Source: Flavobacteriales bacterium
GTDB lineage: Bacteria > Bacteroidota > Bacteroidia > Flavobacteriales_G > NORP312
NCBI GenBank assembly: GCA_018669945.1
Contig: JABHTA010000195.1
Span: 1 to 36,807 of the forward strand
DNA length: 36,807 nucleotides
Direction: 5' to 3'
Below the pieces are notes generated by a model. It ran no database searches. It saw only the letters and a program-made list of their open reading frames with translations, and had not been told where the DNA came from. A program made the position numbers and the translations under genes. Of the stretch, positions 10,090-19,716 are shown piece by piece; within the stretch, counting starts at the first letter, position 1, and each line of letters opens with the position of its first letter.

Positions 10090-11061
10090 CTAAAACATCG
10101 TTTCAATTACATGCGAGAACATCTCCTTTATTGAGATTCCTGCTTGTTCTGCCTGCTGCGGCAATAGACTGGCTGCTGTTAAGCCTGGAATTGTATTCAC
10201 TTCAATAACAAATAATTTTTTGTCAGAAACCATGTAATCGATACGAATCATGCCTTTGCACTTTAGTGTTTCGTATATAAACTCGGAAAGGGTAAGACAA
10301 TTTTGGTAGGTTTTGTTATCAATTCTTGCCGGAGTAATTTCCTGTGTTTTGTGGTCGTTGTATTTCGCTTCAAAATCGAAGAATTCATTTTCGCAAACTA
10401 TTTCAGTAATCGCTAAAGCTTTTGGTTTATTGTTTTTGGAGAGAACACCACAAGTAATTTCTGTTCCTTCTATAAATGTTTCTATAATAATTTCAGAATC
10501 TTCGTTAAAAGCTTTTTGAATAGCACCTGATAAATGCTCTGGTGTATTTACTTTTGAAATACCAATACTAGATCCGCCATTATTAGGTTTAACAAAGCAG
10601 GGCGTGCCAATTTTGTCAAGAATCGATTCCATATCAACAGGGTTATCGCGATAAGATAATATTGATTTTGCAACATTAATATCATAAGTACTGAGTAACC
10701 GATTGCAAATGGCTTTGTTAAAAGTCAATGAAGAAGTGGTTGCCCCGCAGCTGGTATAAGGCATATCAATCATATCGAAATAGCCTTGTATTTTTCCATC
10801 TTCACCAGGTGTACCGTGGAGAATAACAAATACTCCATCGAACGAGATTTTTTTACCATTTTGTTGAATAGAAAAATCGTTTTTGTCAATTGCATATTCA
10901 GTAGCTTCTTGTTTTACATACCATCTGTCTTTAAGGATTAAGGCTTTATAAGGTTCGTATTTGGTTTTATCAATATGCTTCAATACGGTTTCAGCACTTT
11001 TAAGTGAAATTTTGGCTTCGCCTGAAAACCCTCCTGTTACCACTGCAATGTTTTTTTTCAT
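10090..11061 (-). CDS. ddl: D-alanine--D-alanine ligase
   Basis: GGFSGE, LHGTPGEDG, FVKPNNGGSSIG, DFEAKY omega loop, EVNTIPG. Confidence 0.96.
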   Translation of the reverse strand: MKKNIAVVTGGFSGEAKISLKSAETVLKHIDKTKYEPYKALILKDRWYVKQEATEYAIDKNDFSIQQNGKKISFDGVFVILHGTPGEDGKIQGYFDMIDMPYTSCGATTSSLTFNKAICNRLLSTYDINVAKSILSYRDNPVDMESILDKIGTPCFVKPNNGGSSIGISKVNTPEHLSGAIQKAFNEDSEIIIETFIEGTEITCGVLSKNNKPKALAITEIVCENEFFDFEAKYNDHKTQEITPARIDNKTYQNCLTLSEFIYETLKCKGMIRIDYMVSDKKLFVIEVNTIPGLTAASLLPQQAEQAGISIKEMFSHVIETMF

Positions 11062-11210
11062 GTATGGTTCTATCTAATCTGTAAAGATACTTATATCGAG
11101 GGGAGGGTTTCGATAATGGGTAGACCAATTAATCAACATTTTGTCGTTAATTGTAATCGATACATAATTTTTCTATTTATTTGCGTTATTAGGGATTACA
11201 ATGGTCAAAC

Positions 11211-12044
11211 ATGATTGATTTTATCAAGTTTTTATTTAGTAAGAGGTTTATTGGTCACTTAATCATAGCAGGGTTAATTACAGGTAGCGGTTTATGGGGC
11301 GTTTTTAAGTATTTAGATTCTTATACGCTTCATGGAGAGTCGATTACCGTCCCTGACTTTAGTGGAAAAAAGATAGCCGAAATTGAAGTATTTGCTTCAG
11401 AATACAATTTAGGTTATAAAATTATCGACTCCGTTTATAAGCCAAACGCACCAAAAGGTGCTGTACTAGAGCAAAACCCAAAACCTGATTCTCAGGTAAA
11501 AAAAGATCGAAAAATTTATTTAACAGTATCTAGAATATTACCACCATTAATTGAGCTACCCGAATTAAAAGATGTTACCTCTCGAATTGCATATGGAATA
11601 ATAGAATCGAAGGGGTTAAGGATTGGCAATGTGATTCCTGAGCCAAGTACCTGCACCGATTGTGTAATTCGTTTGGAGATTAAAGGTAAAGAAGTAATTG
11701 GAAAAATAAAGGTTGCTAAAAATACTAAAATAGATATTGTTGTTGGTATTGGAGAGTCTGATGTTATGGTTTCCATTCCTCCATTACTTGGGTTAACAGA
11801 AGAAGTTGCCAAGTTGTTGATGAGAGAGAAAAGTCTTTCTTTTGGAGTAAATCAGTGTGATTTATGCGCTACAGCTAAGGACTCAGCTAACGCTAGAATT
11901 TTTCGGCAATTTCCCGAATATAACTCTAGTGCGGCAATAAATTTAGGAGGAAGTATCGATGTTTGGAGAACAGCAGACTCTACTAAATGGGCATCGGTTA
12001 TTATCGTTAATGATTCATTAGCAACGGATACAATTACCAAATAG
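11211..12044 (+). CDS. PASTA domain-containing membrane-anchored protein
   Basis: N-terminal TM helix, YTLHGESITVPDFSG, GAVLEQNPKP; about three PASTA-like units; next to ddl as is usual in Bacteroidota. Confidence 0.88.
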   Translation: MIDFIKFLFSKRFIGHLIIAGLITGSGLWGVFKYLDSYTLHGESITVPDFSGKKIAEIEVFASEYNLGYKIIDSVYKPNAPKGAVLEQNPKPDSQVKKDRKIYLTVSRILPPLIELPELKDVTSRIAYGIIESKGLRIGNVIPEPSTCTDCVIRLEIKGKEVIGKIKVAKNTKIDIVVGIGESDVMVSIPPLLGLTEEVAKLLMREKSLSFGVNQCDLCATAKDSANARIFRQFPEYNSSAAINLGGSIDVWRTADSTKWASVIIVNDSLATDTITK

Positions 12045-14252
12045 TTGAGGTATATAAGTTTAGTTATACTCGTTATTTCATGTTTGCCTGTTATGGGGCA
12101 GGAGGAGTTGCATTATCTGAGAACTAATTCGAGTATTCAAAAAGAGGTAAAGCCACTTCAAAAAAGGTATGAGGGGATAGATATTACCTACCTAATAGAC
12201 ACCTTAGAACTTCCTTTTTTAGATGATTTTTCTTCTGTTAAGCTTCATAGGTATGGAAATACTGGTAAACTAAGCTTCGTAGATACAACCTATGCGAAGT
12301 ATAGATTAAATGGAGCAATTTTCGATACGGTCATGTTAAGTTTTGATACAACCTACTCTTTTTATTATAGTGTTATTATGGGCTCTATAGATACTTTGCC
12401 CAACCAAGCCTTGACTATTGAGGAATTCAATCCAGACAGTACAAACTCTTGGGTAATAGGTACTTATTGGGATAACAATAATTATTATTTTTCAAATGGA
12501 ATGATTGTCGATACGGTACAACTGATTCAAGACACTATTTTTGTTAATGCAATAGAACCAGTTTATGTAGCGTACGATAGCACATCTCTTTGGATAGACA
12601 ACGATGTATTTATTAATAATACATTTCATATTGGCGCTCCGACTATTGGTGTTGCAACCTTTGATGGTATTGACTCATTGGGCCATGCGTATGATATGAC
12701 ACAAGATAATAGTTATGGAATAGGAGATTATCTTACCTCGAAACCCATTAATTTGGAGGGTAAAACAGATGTTGTACTTAGTTTTTATTATCAACAGCAA
12801 GGATTAGGTAATCAACCAGAAGAGGAGGATTCGTTAGTGCTAGAATTTTATATAGCAGATTCTGCGAGGTGGGTTCACGCTTGGACTGGAATATCAGATT
12901 CTGCGGCTATTGTTAACGGAACAGTTCCTGAGTTTCAATTCGTTTCACTTTCATTGTCGGGTGACAGGTTAGCGAAGGGATTTAAATTTAGATTTAAAAA
13001 TTATGGAACTTTATCTGGGAGTCTAGATCAATGGAATATTGATTACGTTTACTTGAATGATAATAGAACTGCGGGGGTAGAAACCAGTTCAGATTTGGGA
13101 TTTAAAAGTATTGATGTTGGTTTGCTAAATATATATAGTTCCATGCCGTGGCAACAATATTTGGCTGCCCCTGCTGCTTATACCAAAGCTTCATTTGATT
13201 TTGTAGTTACAAATCGAAGCGCAATAGATTTATCAGGGGAAAACACGTATCAAATAATTGATTTGAAAGATGATAACGAGATATTTAGTTCAACAGTATC
13301 GTTAGGGTTTTTTCCAAATTTCACCCCAGAAACGACTAAAGCAGTAAACTTTGCGGTTAATTCAAGTCCTTATAGTTTTACTTTTCCAAGTGATAATGAT
13401 AATAAAAGAGAATTCGAAATAGTTTATGCAACTCATTCGAACACAATTTTTGGTCAAGAGCAAAACTTTAATAACGACACAGTAAGGCACCGACAATTAT
13501 TTAGTTCCTACTATTCTTATGATGATGGCAGTCCTGAGCGGGCATATACAATAATAGGAGCAGGGTCACAATTAGCATATGGTTTTGAATTAGAGGAAGC
13601 AGATACCATTCAGTCATTGTTAATACATTTTCCTGAAATGTTCGCGCTATCAGATAACTCCATAAAAGTTATGATTTGGAATGAGGTAAACGGTAAGCCA
13701 AATGATACTTTGTATGTTGGTTACCCAAGAGATACTATATATGTGGGAGATACTTTGCCTGTTCGTTTTATGCGTTTTTACATTGATAGAGAAACCATTA
13801 TTCCAGCAGGTAAGTTTTTTATTGGATATGAGCAAAGCCTAAATGATAAACTCTACATAGGGTTTGATATGAATAATGAGTCCCAATCCAATCTGTTTTA
13901 TAATGTAGATGGTAACTGGGAGCCAACGACATTTACGGGTAGCTTGATGATGCGGCCAGACTTTGGTAAAGTAGATTTGGGTCAGATATACTCTACCTCG
14001 GTTGAAGAGACAGATGAGTTGTCTGTAGCAAAAATTTATCCTAATCCAGCCAAGCACTCAATTACAATTCGTGGTGCAGAACGCGCCAATATGCAATTGA
14101 TGAACCTGACGGGACAAATTGTTTATTCGGAGAGTAAGCTTAGTAATGAAATCACTATTGATGTTTCTCAATTCGACAGGGGTATTTATTTTGTTCGTTT
14201 AACAACGATTGGTCAAGGTACGGAAGATTACAAATTGATTATTGCTAGATAA
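12045..14252 (+). CDS. T9SS type A sorting domain-containing secreted protein
   Basis: TTG start, signal peptide, LELPFLDDFS and GVATFDG motifs; C-terminal IYPNPA...NLTGQIV...GIYFVR...KLII. Confidence 0.88.
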   Translation: MRYISLVILVISCLPVMGQEELHYLRTNSSIQKEVKPLQKRYEGIDITYLIDTLELPFLDDFSSVKLHRYGNTGKLSFVDTTYAKYRLNGAIFDTVMLSFDTTYSFYYSVIMGSIDTLPNQALTIEEFNPDSTNSWVIGTYWDNNNYYFSNGMIVDTVQLIQDTIFVNAIEPVYVAYDSTSLWIDNDVFINNTFHIGAPTIGVATFDGIDSLGHAYDMTQDNSYGIGDYLTSKPINLEGKTDVVLSFYYQQQGLGNQPEEEDSLVLEFYIADSARWVHAWTGISDSAAIVNGTVPEFQFVSLSLSGDRLAKGFKFRFKNYGTLSGSLDQWNIDYVYLNDNRTAGVETSSDLGFKSIDVGLLNIYSSMPWQQYLAAPAAYTKASFDFVVTNRSAIDLSGENTYQIIDLKDDNEIFSSTVSLGFFPNFTPETTKAVNFAVNSSPYSFTFPSDNDNKREFEIVYATHSNTIFGQEQNFNNDTVRHRQLFSSYYSYDDGSPERAYTIIGAGSQLAYGFELEEADTIQSLLIHFPEMFALSDNSIKVMIWNEVNGKPNDTLYVGYPRDTIYVGDTLPVRFMRFYIDRETIIPAGKFFIGYEQSLNDKLYIGFDMNNESQSNLFYNVDGNWEPTTFTGSLMMRPDFGKVDLGQIYSTSVEETDELSVAKIYPNPAKHSITIRGAERANMQLMNLTGQIVYSESKLSNEITIDVSQFDRGIYFVRLTTIGQGTEDYKLIIAR

Positions 14253-15283
14253 TGAATGACGAACTGGACGATGTTGAAGAAGGGGAAGAGGAACTTGAGA
14301 TAATCAACATTAAAGGAGATCCAAATCAGAAATTGTTGCGCCTCGATAAATTCTTGATTGACCGTATTCCAAACACGACTCGAAGTAAGATTCAAGCAGG
14401 AATTAAAGATGGTTTTGTTTCTGTAAATGGAGAGGTGGTTAAGGCAAATTACAAAGTTCGACCAGACGATGAGATAGAACTAAAAATGCCCCCAAAACGG
14501 ATTATTGAAATTAATCCCGAGGACATTCCAATCAACGTTATTTACGAAGACGATCAGATGTTAATGGTTAATAAATATGCTGGCATGGTCGTGCATCCGG
14601 GGCACGGGAACTTTACCGGAACATTGGTAAATGCGCTCATGTTTCATTTCAAGAATTTACCACAACGGGGCAATTTTAATGACCGACCAGGTATTGTTCA
14701 TCGTTTAGATAAGTTTACTACTGGAATTATGGTAGTTGCTAAAACAGAAGAAGCAATTACGCATTTATCAAAACAATTCTCTAGCAGAACATCGGATAGA
14801 AGATACTGGGCACTGGTTTGGGGAGATATTGAGGTAAATGATGGCAGAATAGAAGGTCATATAGGTAGAAGTTTGAAAAATCGAAAGGTGATGCAAGTGT
14901 TTCCAGAAGGAGATTTTGGTAAAGAAGCGGCTACCAATTTTAAAGTTTTAAAACGGTTTGGCTATGTAACACTAGTTGAGTGTAAACTAGAAACGGGCAG
15001 AACTCATCAAATTAGGGCACATTTTAAATTTATTGGCCACCCACTTTTTAATGACGAATCATACGGTGGGGATAAAATTTTGAAAGGAACAACTTTTACT
15101 AAATACAAACAGTTCGTTCACAACACATTTAAAGAAATTCCGGGGCAGGCACTTCACGCAAAAACACTTGCAGTTGACCACCCTATAACAAATGAGCGAT
15201 TAGAGTTTGATTCGGAATTACCTCAAGGGTTTCAAAATGTATTAGATCGTTGGGATAACTACTTGAACAATAGAAAGGATTAG
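14252..15283 (+). CDS. rluD: RluA/RluD-family 23S rRNA pseudouridine synthase with S4 domain
   Basis: RLDKFL S4 start, GIVHRLDK catalytic Asp, LETGRTHQIR, QALHA. Confidence 0.92.
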   Translation: MNDELDDVEEGEEELEIINIKGDPNQKLLRLDKFLIDRIPNTTRSKIQAGIKDGFVSVNGEVVKANYKVRPDDEIELKMPPKRIIEINPEDIPINVIYEDDQMLMVNKYAGMVVHPGHGNFTGTLVNALMFHFKNLPQRGNFNDRPGIVHRLDKFTTGIMVVAKTEEAITHLSKQFSSRTSDRRYWALVWGDIEVNDGRIEGHIGRSLKNRKVMQVFPEGDFGKEAATNFKVLKRFGYVTLVECKLETGRTHQIRAHFKFIGHPLFNDESYGGDKILKGTTFTKYKQFVHNTFKEIPGQALHAKTLAVDHPITNERLEFDSELPQGFQNVLDRWDNYLNNRKD

Positions 15284-15416
15284 AAACGCTTCTTGGCAAT
15301 AGTTGACCTTTACTATGGTAATACAACTATTATAATGAATAATTTACACGTTTTGGTCGCCAGTTACTTTTGGTAAATTTTAATTGATTCCTGTTTCAGA
15401 TTTTGAATACGGATTT

Positions 15417-15435
15417 GGTGATAATTATCATTTTG
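15417..15435. promoter_or_regulatory. Fur-box-like site containing the palindrome TGATAATTATCA
   Basis: Minus strand CAAAATGATAATTATCACC matches 14 of 19 positions of the E. coli consensus GATAATGATAATCATTATC; the AT-rich background weakens this. Confidence 0.3.
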
Positions 15436-15437
15436 TT

Positions 15438-15456
15438 TATGACAATTCTATGACAA
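15438..15456. promoter_or_regulatory. Direct repeat with 11-bp period, OmpR/PhoB-type box candidate
   Basis: TATGACAA-ttc-TATGACAA; the minus strand reads TTGTCATA-gaa-TTGTCATA. Confidence 0.45.
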
Positions 15457-15487
15457 AATAAAACTTAGCAAGATTCATTTTTGCATA

Positions 15488-17821
15488 GTGCGCAACTCGA
15501 CAATATTTATTTTTGTTTTATGGGGCTTTTTTGGCTTTGCTCAAAAGCAAGATATTTATGGTAAAGTGCTTGAAAACTTTACCGAAAAACCTGTGGCAGA
15601 TGTGCATGTTACTCTAGTTCAACATAATCAATCTGTTACTCAGACAACAACAGATAGTTTCGGAAATTTCATTTTTAGTGATGTAGAAATAGGTCAATAT
15701 GAAATTTCATTTTCACATTTATCCTACACACCCTATACTTTACCCAGTATTGAGGTTACGGCAAGTAAACCGACTGTAATTAAGGGTAATCTCGATTTTT
15801 CTTTCATACAAATGAAAGAATTGGAAGTACTTCCAGAAAAAGATAGAGGTATAGCAAATAATAAAATGGCTTTACTTAGTTCTTATTCTATTGATGCAGA
15901 TGACGCAAGAAAGCTGGCAGGTTCGCTCGATGATCCAGCTCGTGTTGCTGGTTTACTGCCAGGCGTAACTTCTTACTCTGGGTTTTCAGCTAATTTTATT
16001 TCTATCCGTGGTAATTCACCCAGAGGGTTTAAATACCAAATGGAAGGTGTTGAACTGCCCAATCCAACTCATTTTTCTCGAATAGGAAGCTCTGGTGGCA
16101 CGTTTACTATTTTCAGCATGCAAGTAATGGGCAAAAGCGATTTTTTTACTGGGGCATTTCCAGCTGAATATGGTAACGCAACAGGAGGAGTTTTAGATGT
16201 AAATTTTAGGGAAGGCTCAACAAAAGAGAGGTCGCATACGTTTAAAATTGGGACTCTAGGTATCGATATAGCCACCGAAGGGCCAATAAATAAAAATAAG
16301 GGCTCGTCTTATATAGTAAACTACAGATATGCCGTTGTAGGGCTGGCTCGTTTGATTGGGTATCCAACCCAGCCAACGTATTCAGATCTATCTTTTAATC
16401 TCAATTTCCCTGTTTCTAAAAAAGGAAACCTCAAAGTGTTTAGCATGGCAGGCATGAGCGATAGGGCAAGAATCGCAATTAGTGATTCCGCTAAATGGGA
16501 GCAAGATTTAGATAGAAACCAGCTTAACTTAGGCAGCAAAATGGCAACGATAGGAACTAACTACAAAACGTTAGTTGGTAATAAGTCGGTTTACAGTGCA
16601 ACCCTATTGGCTGGGGTTGTGAATCAGTTTGACAACAAAGATTATTTGCAAAACAACCTTGTTTTACAAACCAGAGAGATAAACGAGTACAAGTCTGTGC
16701 CAGTCACTTTTGCCACATCTTTTAAGCATAAATTCGGGAAGAGCCACAGTAATAAAACAGGGACATCTCTAAATTATTCAATTCACGATTGGAGGGCCAT
16801 AAAACAGAACCAACTAACTAGTCAGTTAGATACTTTAGTTTTTGGTTCGGGCAGTTCAATTACTTTAAAAGCTTTTACCAATTCCAATTTTACTTTGTCG
16901 GAAAAGTGGATTGTTAACCTAGGCCTTCATAGCATGTATTATAGTGTAAACAATGATTATAAGATTGAACCTAGAGCCGGGATTCAATATCAAATTAATG
17001 AAAAAAATAAGATTTCGATTGCCTACGGAAAGCATAGCCAAGCGGATCATTTCGCCACTTACTTGTATCAACTTAGTGAAGTTGACGGGAGTACAATTTA
17101 TCCAAACAAGGATCTGAAATTGATTACAGCAGACCACTTTATAGGAAGTTTTAAATCGAAGTTGTTCAAGAATCACAGACTAACATTAGAGGCGTATTAC
17201 CAATCACTAAAAGATGTGCCAGTTGAAGTTGGGGGTACGTTTTCTACTATTAACTTAAATGAATTGGATGATATGAGAGAGCTCGAAAATAAAGGAACTG
17301 GGACTAACTATGGAATTGATTTCGGTATAGAACGCTTTGAAGAAAACGGATTATATTATATGATTAACTCGAGTTTTGTGCGATCATTTTATACTGCTGG
17401 AGATGAAATAGTAAGAAGTACGGAATATGATTTAGGTTATACCATTAAATTTCTACTAGGGAAGGAATACGAAGTAGGTAAGAGCGCACATAATTACCTA
17501 GGCTGGAATACCAATTTAGCTCTTATCGGTGGGCAGCCCTATACTCCCATCAACATAGTTGAATCAAGGTTAATTCAGGAAACTGTGCTAAACGAATCCG
17601 TTGCATACTCGGACCGAGACAATCCGCTCGTGTTTCTAGATTTGACAATTACATATAAAACCAATAAAAAGAAACGGAGTGCACTATGGTCGTTGCAACT
17701 TAAAAATATTTTTGCTAATGGGAATGCAATATATCGTGAATACGATTCTGTTTTAGATCAAGAAGTAACAATTCCTTCCTCAAGTTTTTTCCCAAATATT
17801 AGTTATAGACTTGAATTTTAG
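15488..17821 (+). CDS. TonB-dependent receptor with N-terminal carboxypeptidase-regulatory-like domain
   Basis: GTG start, signal peptide, TTTDSFGNF, plug motifs LPGV, ISIRGNSP, GAFPAEYGNATGGV; ends SYRLEF. Confidence 0.88.
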   Translation: MRNSTIFIFVLWGFFGFAQKQDIYGKVLENFTEKPVADVHVTLVQHNQSVTQTTTDSFGNFIFSDVEIGQYEISFSHLSYTPYTLPSIEVTASKPTVIKGNLDFSFIQMKELEVLPEKDRGIANNKMALLSSYSIDADDARKLAGSLDDPARVAGLLPGVTSYSGFSANFISIRGNSPRGFKYQMEGVELPNPTHFSRIGSSGGTFTIFSMQVMGKSDFFTGAFPAEYGNATGGVLDVNFREGSTKERSHTFKIGTLGIDIATEGPINKNKGSSYIVNYRYAVVGLARLIGYPTQPTYSDLSFNLNFPVSKKGNLKVFSMAGMSDRARIAISDSAKWEQDLDRNQLNLGSKMATIGTNYKTLVGNKSVYSATLLAGVVNQFDNKDYLQNNLVLQTREINEYKSVPVTFATSFKHKFGKSHSNKTGTSLNYSIHDWRAIKQNQLTSQLDTLVFGSGSSITLKAFTNSNFTLSEKWIVNLGLHSMYYSVNNDYKIEPRAGIQYQINEKNKISIAYGKHSQADHFATYLYQLSEVDGSTIYPNKDLKLITADHFIGSFKSKLFKNHRLTLEAYYQSLKDVPVEVGGTFSTINLNELDDMRELENKGTGTNYGIDFGIERFEENGLYYMINSSFVRSFYTAGDEIVRSTEYDLGYTIKFLLGKEYEVGKSAHNYLGWNTNLALIGGQPYTPINIVESRLIQETVLNESVAYSDRDNPLVFLDLTITYKTNKKKRSALWSLQLKNIFANGNAIYREYDSVLDQEVTIPSSSFFPNISYRLEF

Positions 17822-17905
17822 TGTTCTATAATTTATCCCGTTCTTCTTGTCATTCTAGCGTGTTGTTATAAAGATCAGAATATTTTTCTTAAATACTATC
17901 TATAT

Positions 17906-18412
17906 TTAAACTACTCTATACTTAAATTCATGCTGAGCTAATTCTTCATTAGCTTTCACAATCTTAGTTTTTAAGTTCTCTTTGTAGGCAATTGTTTTCG
18001 CAAACAAAGCTTCATCGCCTGCAGAAATTATCTGTGCAGCTAGAATACCTGCATTTAAAGAGCCATTAATTCCAACTGTTGCAACGGGTATTCCAGGAGG
18101 CATTTGAACGATTGCCAACAAAGCATCAAGTCCATCCAAGCTAGCTTTAATTGGTACACCAATAACAGGGAGAGGAGTCATGGCAGAAATAACACCTGGC
18201 AAATGAGCGGCCATTCCAGCAGCAGCAATTATTACTTTGATTCCATTGTCAGCAGCGCTTTTTGCAAAAGCCTCCACCTTTTCAGGTGTACGATGCGCTG
18301 AGAGCGCATTAATCTCAAATGGAATTTCCATTTCATCTAAAAATTTAGCTGTCTTCTCCATCACCGGATAATCCGATGTACTTCCCATAATAATGCTAAC
18401 AAGTGGCTTCAT
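17906..18412 (-). CDS. purE: N5-carboxyaminoimidazole ribonucleotide mutase
   Basis: IIMGSTSD, SAHRTP, AGMAAHLPG, VQMPPGIPVATV. Start moved to ATG 18412 because the longer ORF overlaps the promoter element. Confidence 0.97.
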   Translation of the reverse strand: MKPLVSIIMGSTSDYPVMEKTAKFLDEMEIPFEINALSAHRTPEKVEAFAKSAADNGIKVIIAAAGMAAHLPGVISAMTPLPVIGVPIKASLDGLDALLAIVQMPPGIPVATVGINGSLNAGILAAQIISAGDEALFAKTIAYKENLKTKIVKANEELAQHEFKYRVV

Positions 18413-18430
18413 AATATTCATTTTTTGGTG

Positions 18431-18438
18431 CAAAAATA
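18431..18438 (-). promoter_or_regulatory. -7 promoter element for purE
   Basis: Minus strand TATTTTTG, 18 nt upstream of ATG 18412. Confidence 0.6.
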
Positions 18439-18537
18439 AACGCAAGAAATTCATTCCGCAAATTTAATTCTCGACTTTTTGTAAAACACTATGCCCTGTT
18501 GGTAGGTTATTAGTAAATTCGCGCAAAGGCCGAAAAA

Positions 18538-19071
18538 ATGGATAAAGTGCAGATTAAGGATAAAAGTTTTAGAAAACATATTTTCTGCGATGCCATTCAC
18601 GAGAAGGTACTGAAAGTGGCAGATAGAATTAATGAAGACTATAAGAAGAAAAATCCAGTATTCGTTGTTGTTCTTAATGGCGCTTTTATGTTCGCTTCCG
18701 ATTTGCTGAAAAAGGTAAATGTTGCATGTGAAATTGCTTTTGTTAAAGTGGCTTCGTATGAAGGGACTAAATCAACAGGAAGTGTAAAATCTCTAATAGG
18801 ATTAAACCATAACATTAACAATCGAGAGGTGGTTATTATTGAAGATATAGTGGACACTGGCGAGACCATAGTAGCACTTTTGGATCAATTAAGTCGGCAA
18901 AGTCCTTCACAGATTAAAATCGCAACGCTATTATTTAAGCCAAAAGCATATACTAAAGATGCCCCAATAGACTATGTGGCTATGGAAGTTGGTAATGAGT
19001 TTTTAGTAGGATATGGGCTCGACTATGACGGATTTGGGAGGAATCTTGAAGATATTTATATAGTAGATTAA
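18538..19071 (+). CDS. hpt: Hypoxanthine phosphoribosyltransferase
   Basis: VLNGAFMF, IIEDIVDTGET PRPP motif, FLVGYGLDY. Confidence 0.96.
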   Translation: MDKVQIKDKSFRKHIFCDAIHEKVLKVADRINEDYKKKNPVFVVVLNGAFMFASDLLKKVNVACEIAFVKVASYEGTKSTGSVKSLIGLNHNINNREVVIIEDIVDTGETIVALLDQLSRQSPSQIKIATLLFKPKAYTKDAPIDYVAMEVGNEFLVGYGLDYDGFGRNLEDIYIVD

Positions 19072-19103
19072 TAAGCAAAACTCAATTACATAAATCGATA
19101 ACT

Positions 19104-19679
19104 ATGTTAAACATTGTATTATTTGGACCTCCAGGAGCAGGAAAAGGGACTCAATCGGAGAAATTAGTTGAAAAATATGGGCTAGTTCATATTTCGACAG
19201 GAGATGTATTCAGAGGGTTAGATCCCGAATCAGATTTAGCCAAGTTGGCAAAAAGTTATTCTGATGCTGGTAATCTTGTGCCAGACGAGATTACCATTAA
19301 AATATTAGAATCGGAAGTAAGTAAATATCCTAAGGCAAAAGGAGTTGTTTACGATGGTTTTCCAAGAACAAGAGCTCAAGCAGAAGCTTTAGATGTTTTT
19401 TTACGGGGTAAAGGAACCGGAGTAACCATGATGTTGTCTTTGGTTGTTTCAGAAGATGAACTGAAGCAAAGGCTTCTTTCTCGAGCAGAAGTTTCAGGAA
19501 GAAAAGATGATGCTGATATTGGCATTATTGAAAATAGAATTAAGAATTATAACAAGGACACAGCGCCTGTGGCAGGGTTTTATAAATCGCAAGACAAACT
19601 TTTCGAAATCGAAGGCGTTGGTTCTGTTGAAGCAATTTTTGATAGTCTATGTATTGCAATAGAGCAATTACAAGACTAA
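19104..19679 (+). CDS. adk: Adenylate kinase (short-LID type)
   Basis: GPPGAGKGT, HISTGD, DGFPRT, GRKDD. Confidence 0.97.
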   Translation: MLNIVLFGPPGAGKGTQSEKLVEKYGLVHISTGDVFRGLDPESDLAKLAKSYSDAGNLVPDEITIKILESEVSKYPKAKGVVYDGFPRTRAQAEALDVFLRGKGTGVTMMLSLVVSEDELKQRLLSRAEVSGRKDDADIGIIENRIKNYNKDTAPVAGFYKSQDKLFEIEGVGSVEAIFDSLCIAIEQLQD

Positions 19680-19716
19680 ACCTTGTTACTTTTAACTCAA
19701 CTTATTGAACTAATAA

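Noticed and set aside
10090-11061. Ddl as a D-Ala-D-Lac (glycopeptide-resistance) ligase
   Set aside because: The omega loop keeps K-Y (DFEAKY) as in D-Ala-D-Ala ligases, and no van genes are present.
11150-11202. 9-bp inverted repeat ATTGTAATC/GATTACAAT as an invertible promoter
   Set aside because: Only 35 bp are enclosed, the arms are short, the -7 match is imperfect, and there is no recombinase in the window.
15298-15331. AATAGTTG...CAACTATT hairpin after rluD as a terminator or sRNA
   Set aside because: AT-rich stem with a bulge and no U tract.
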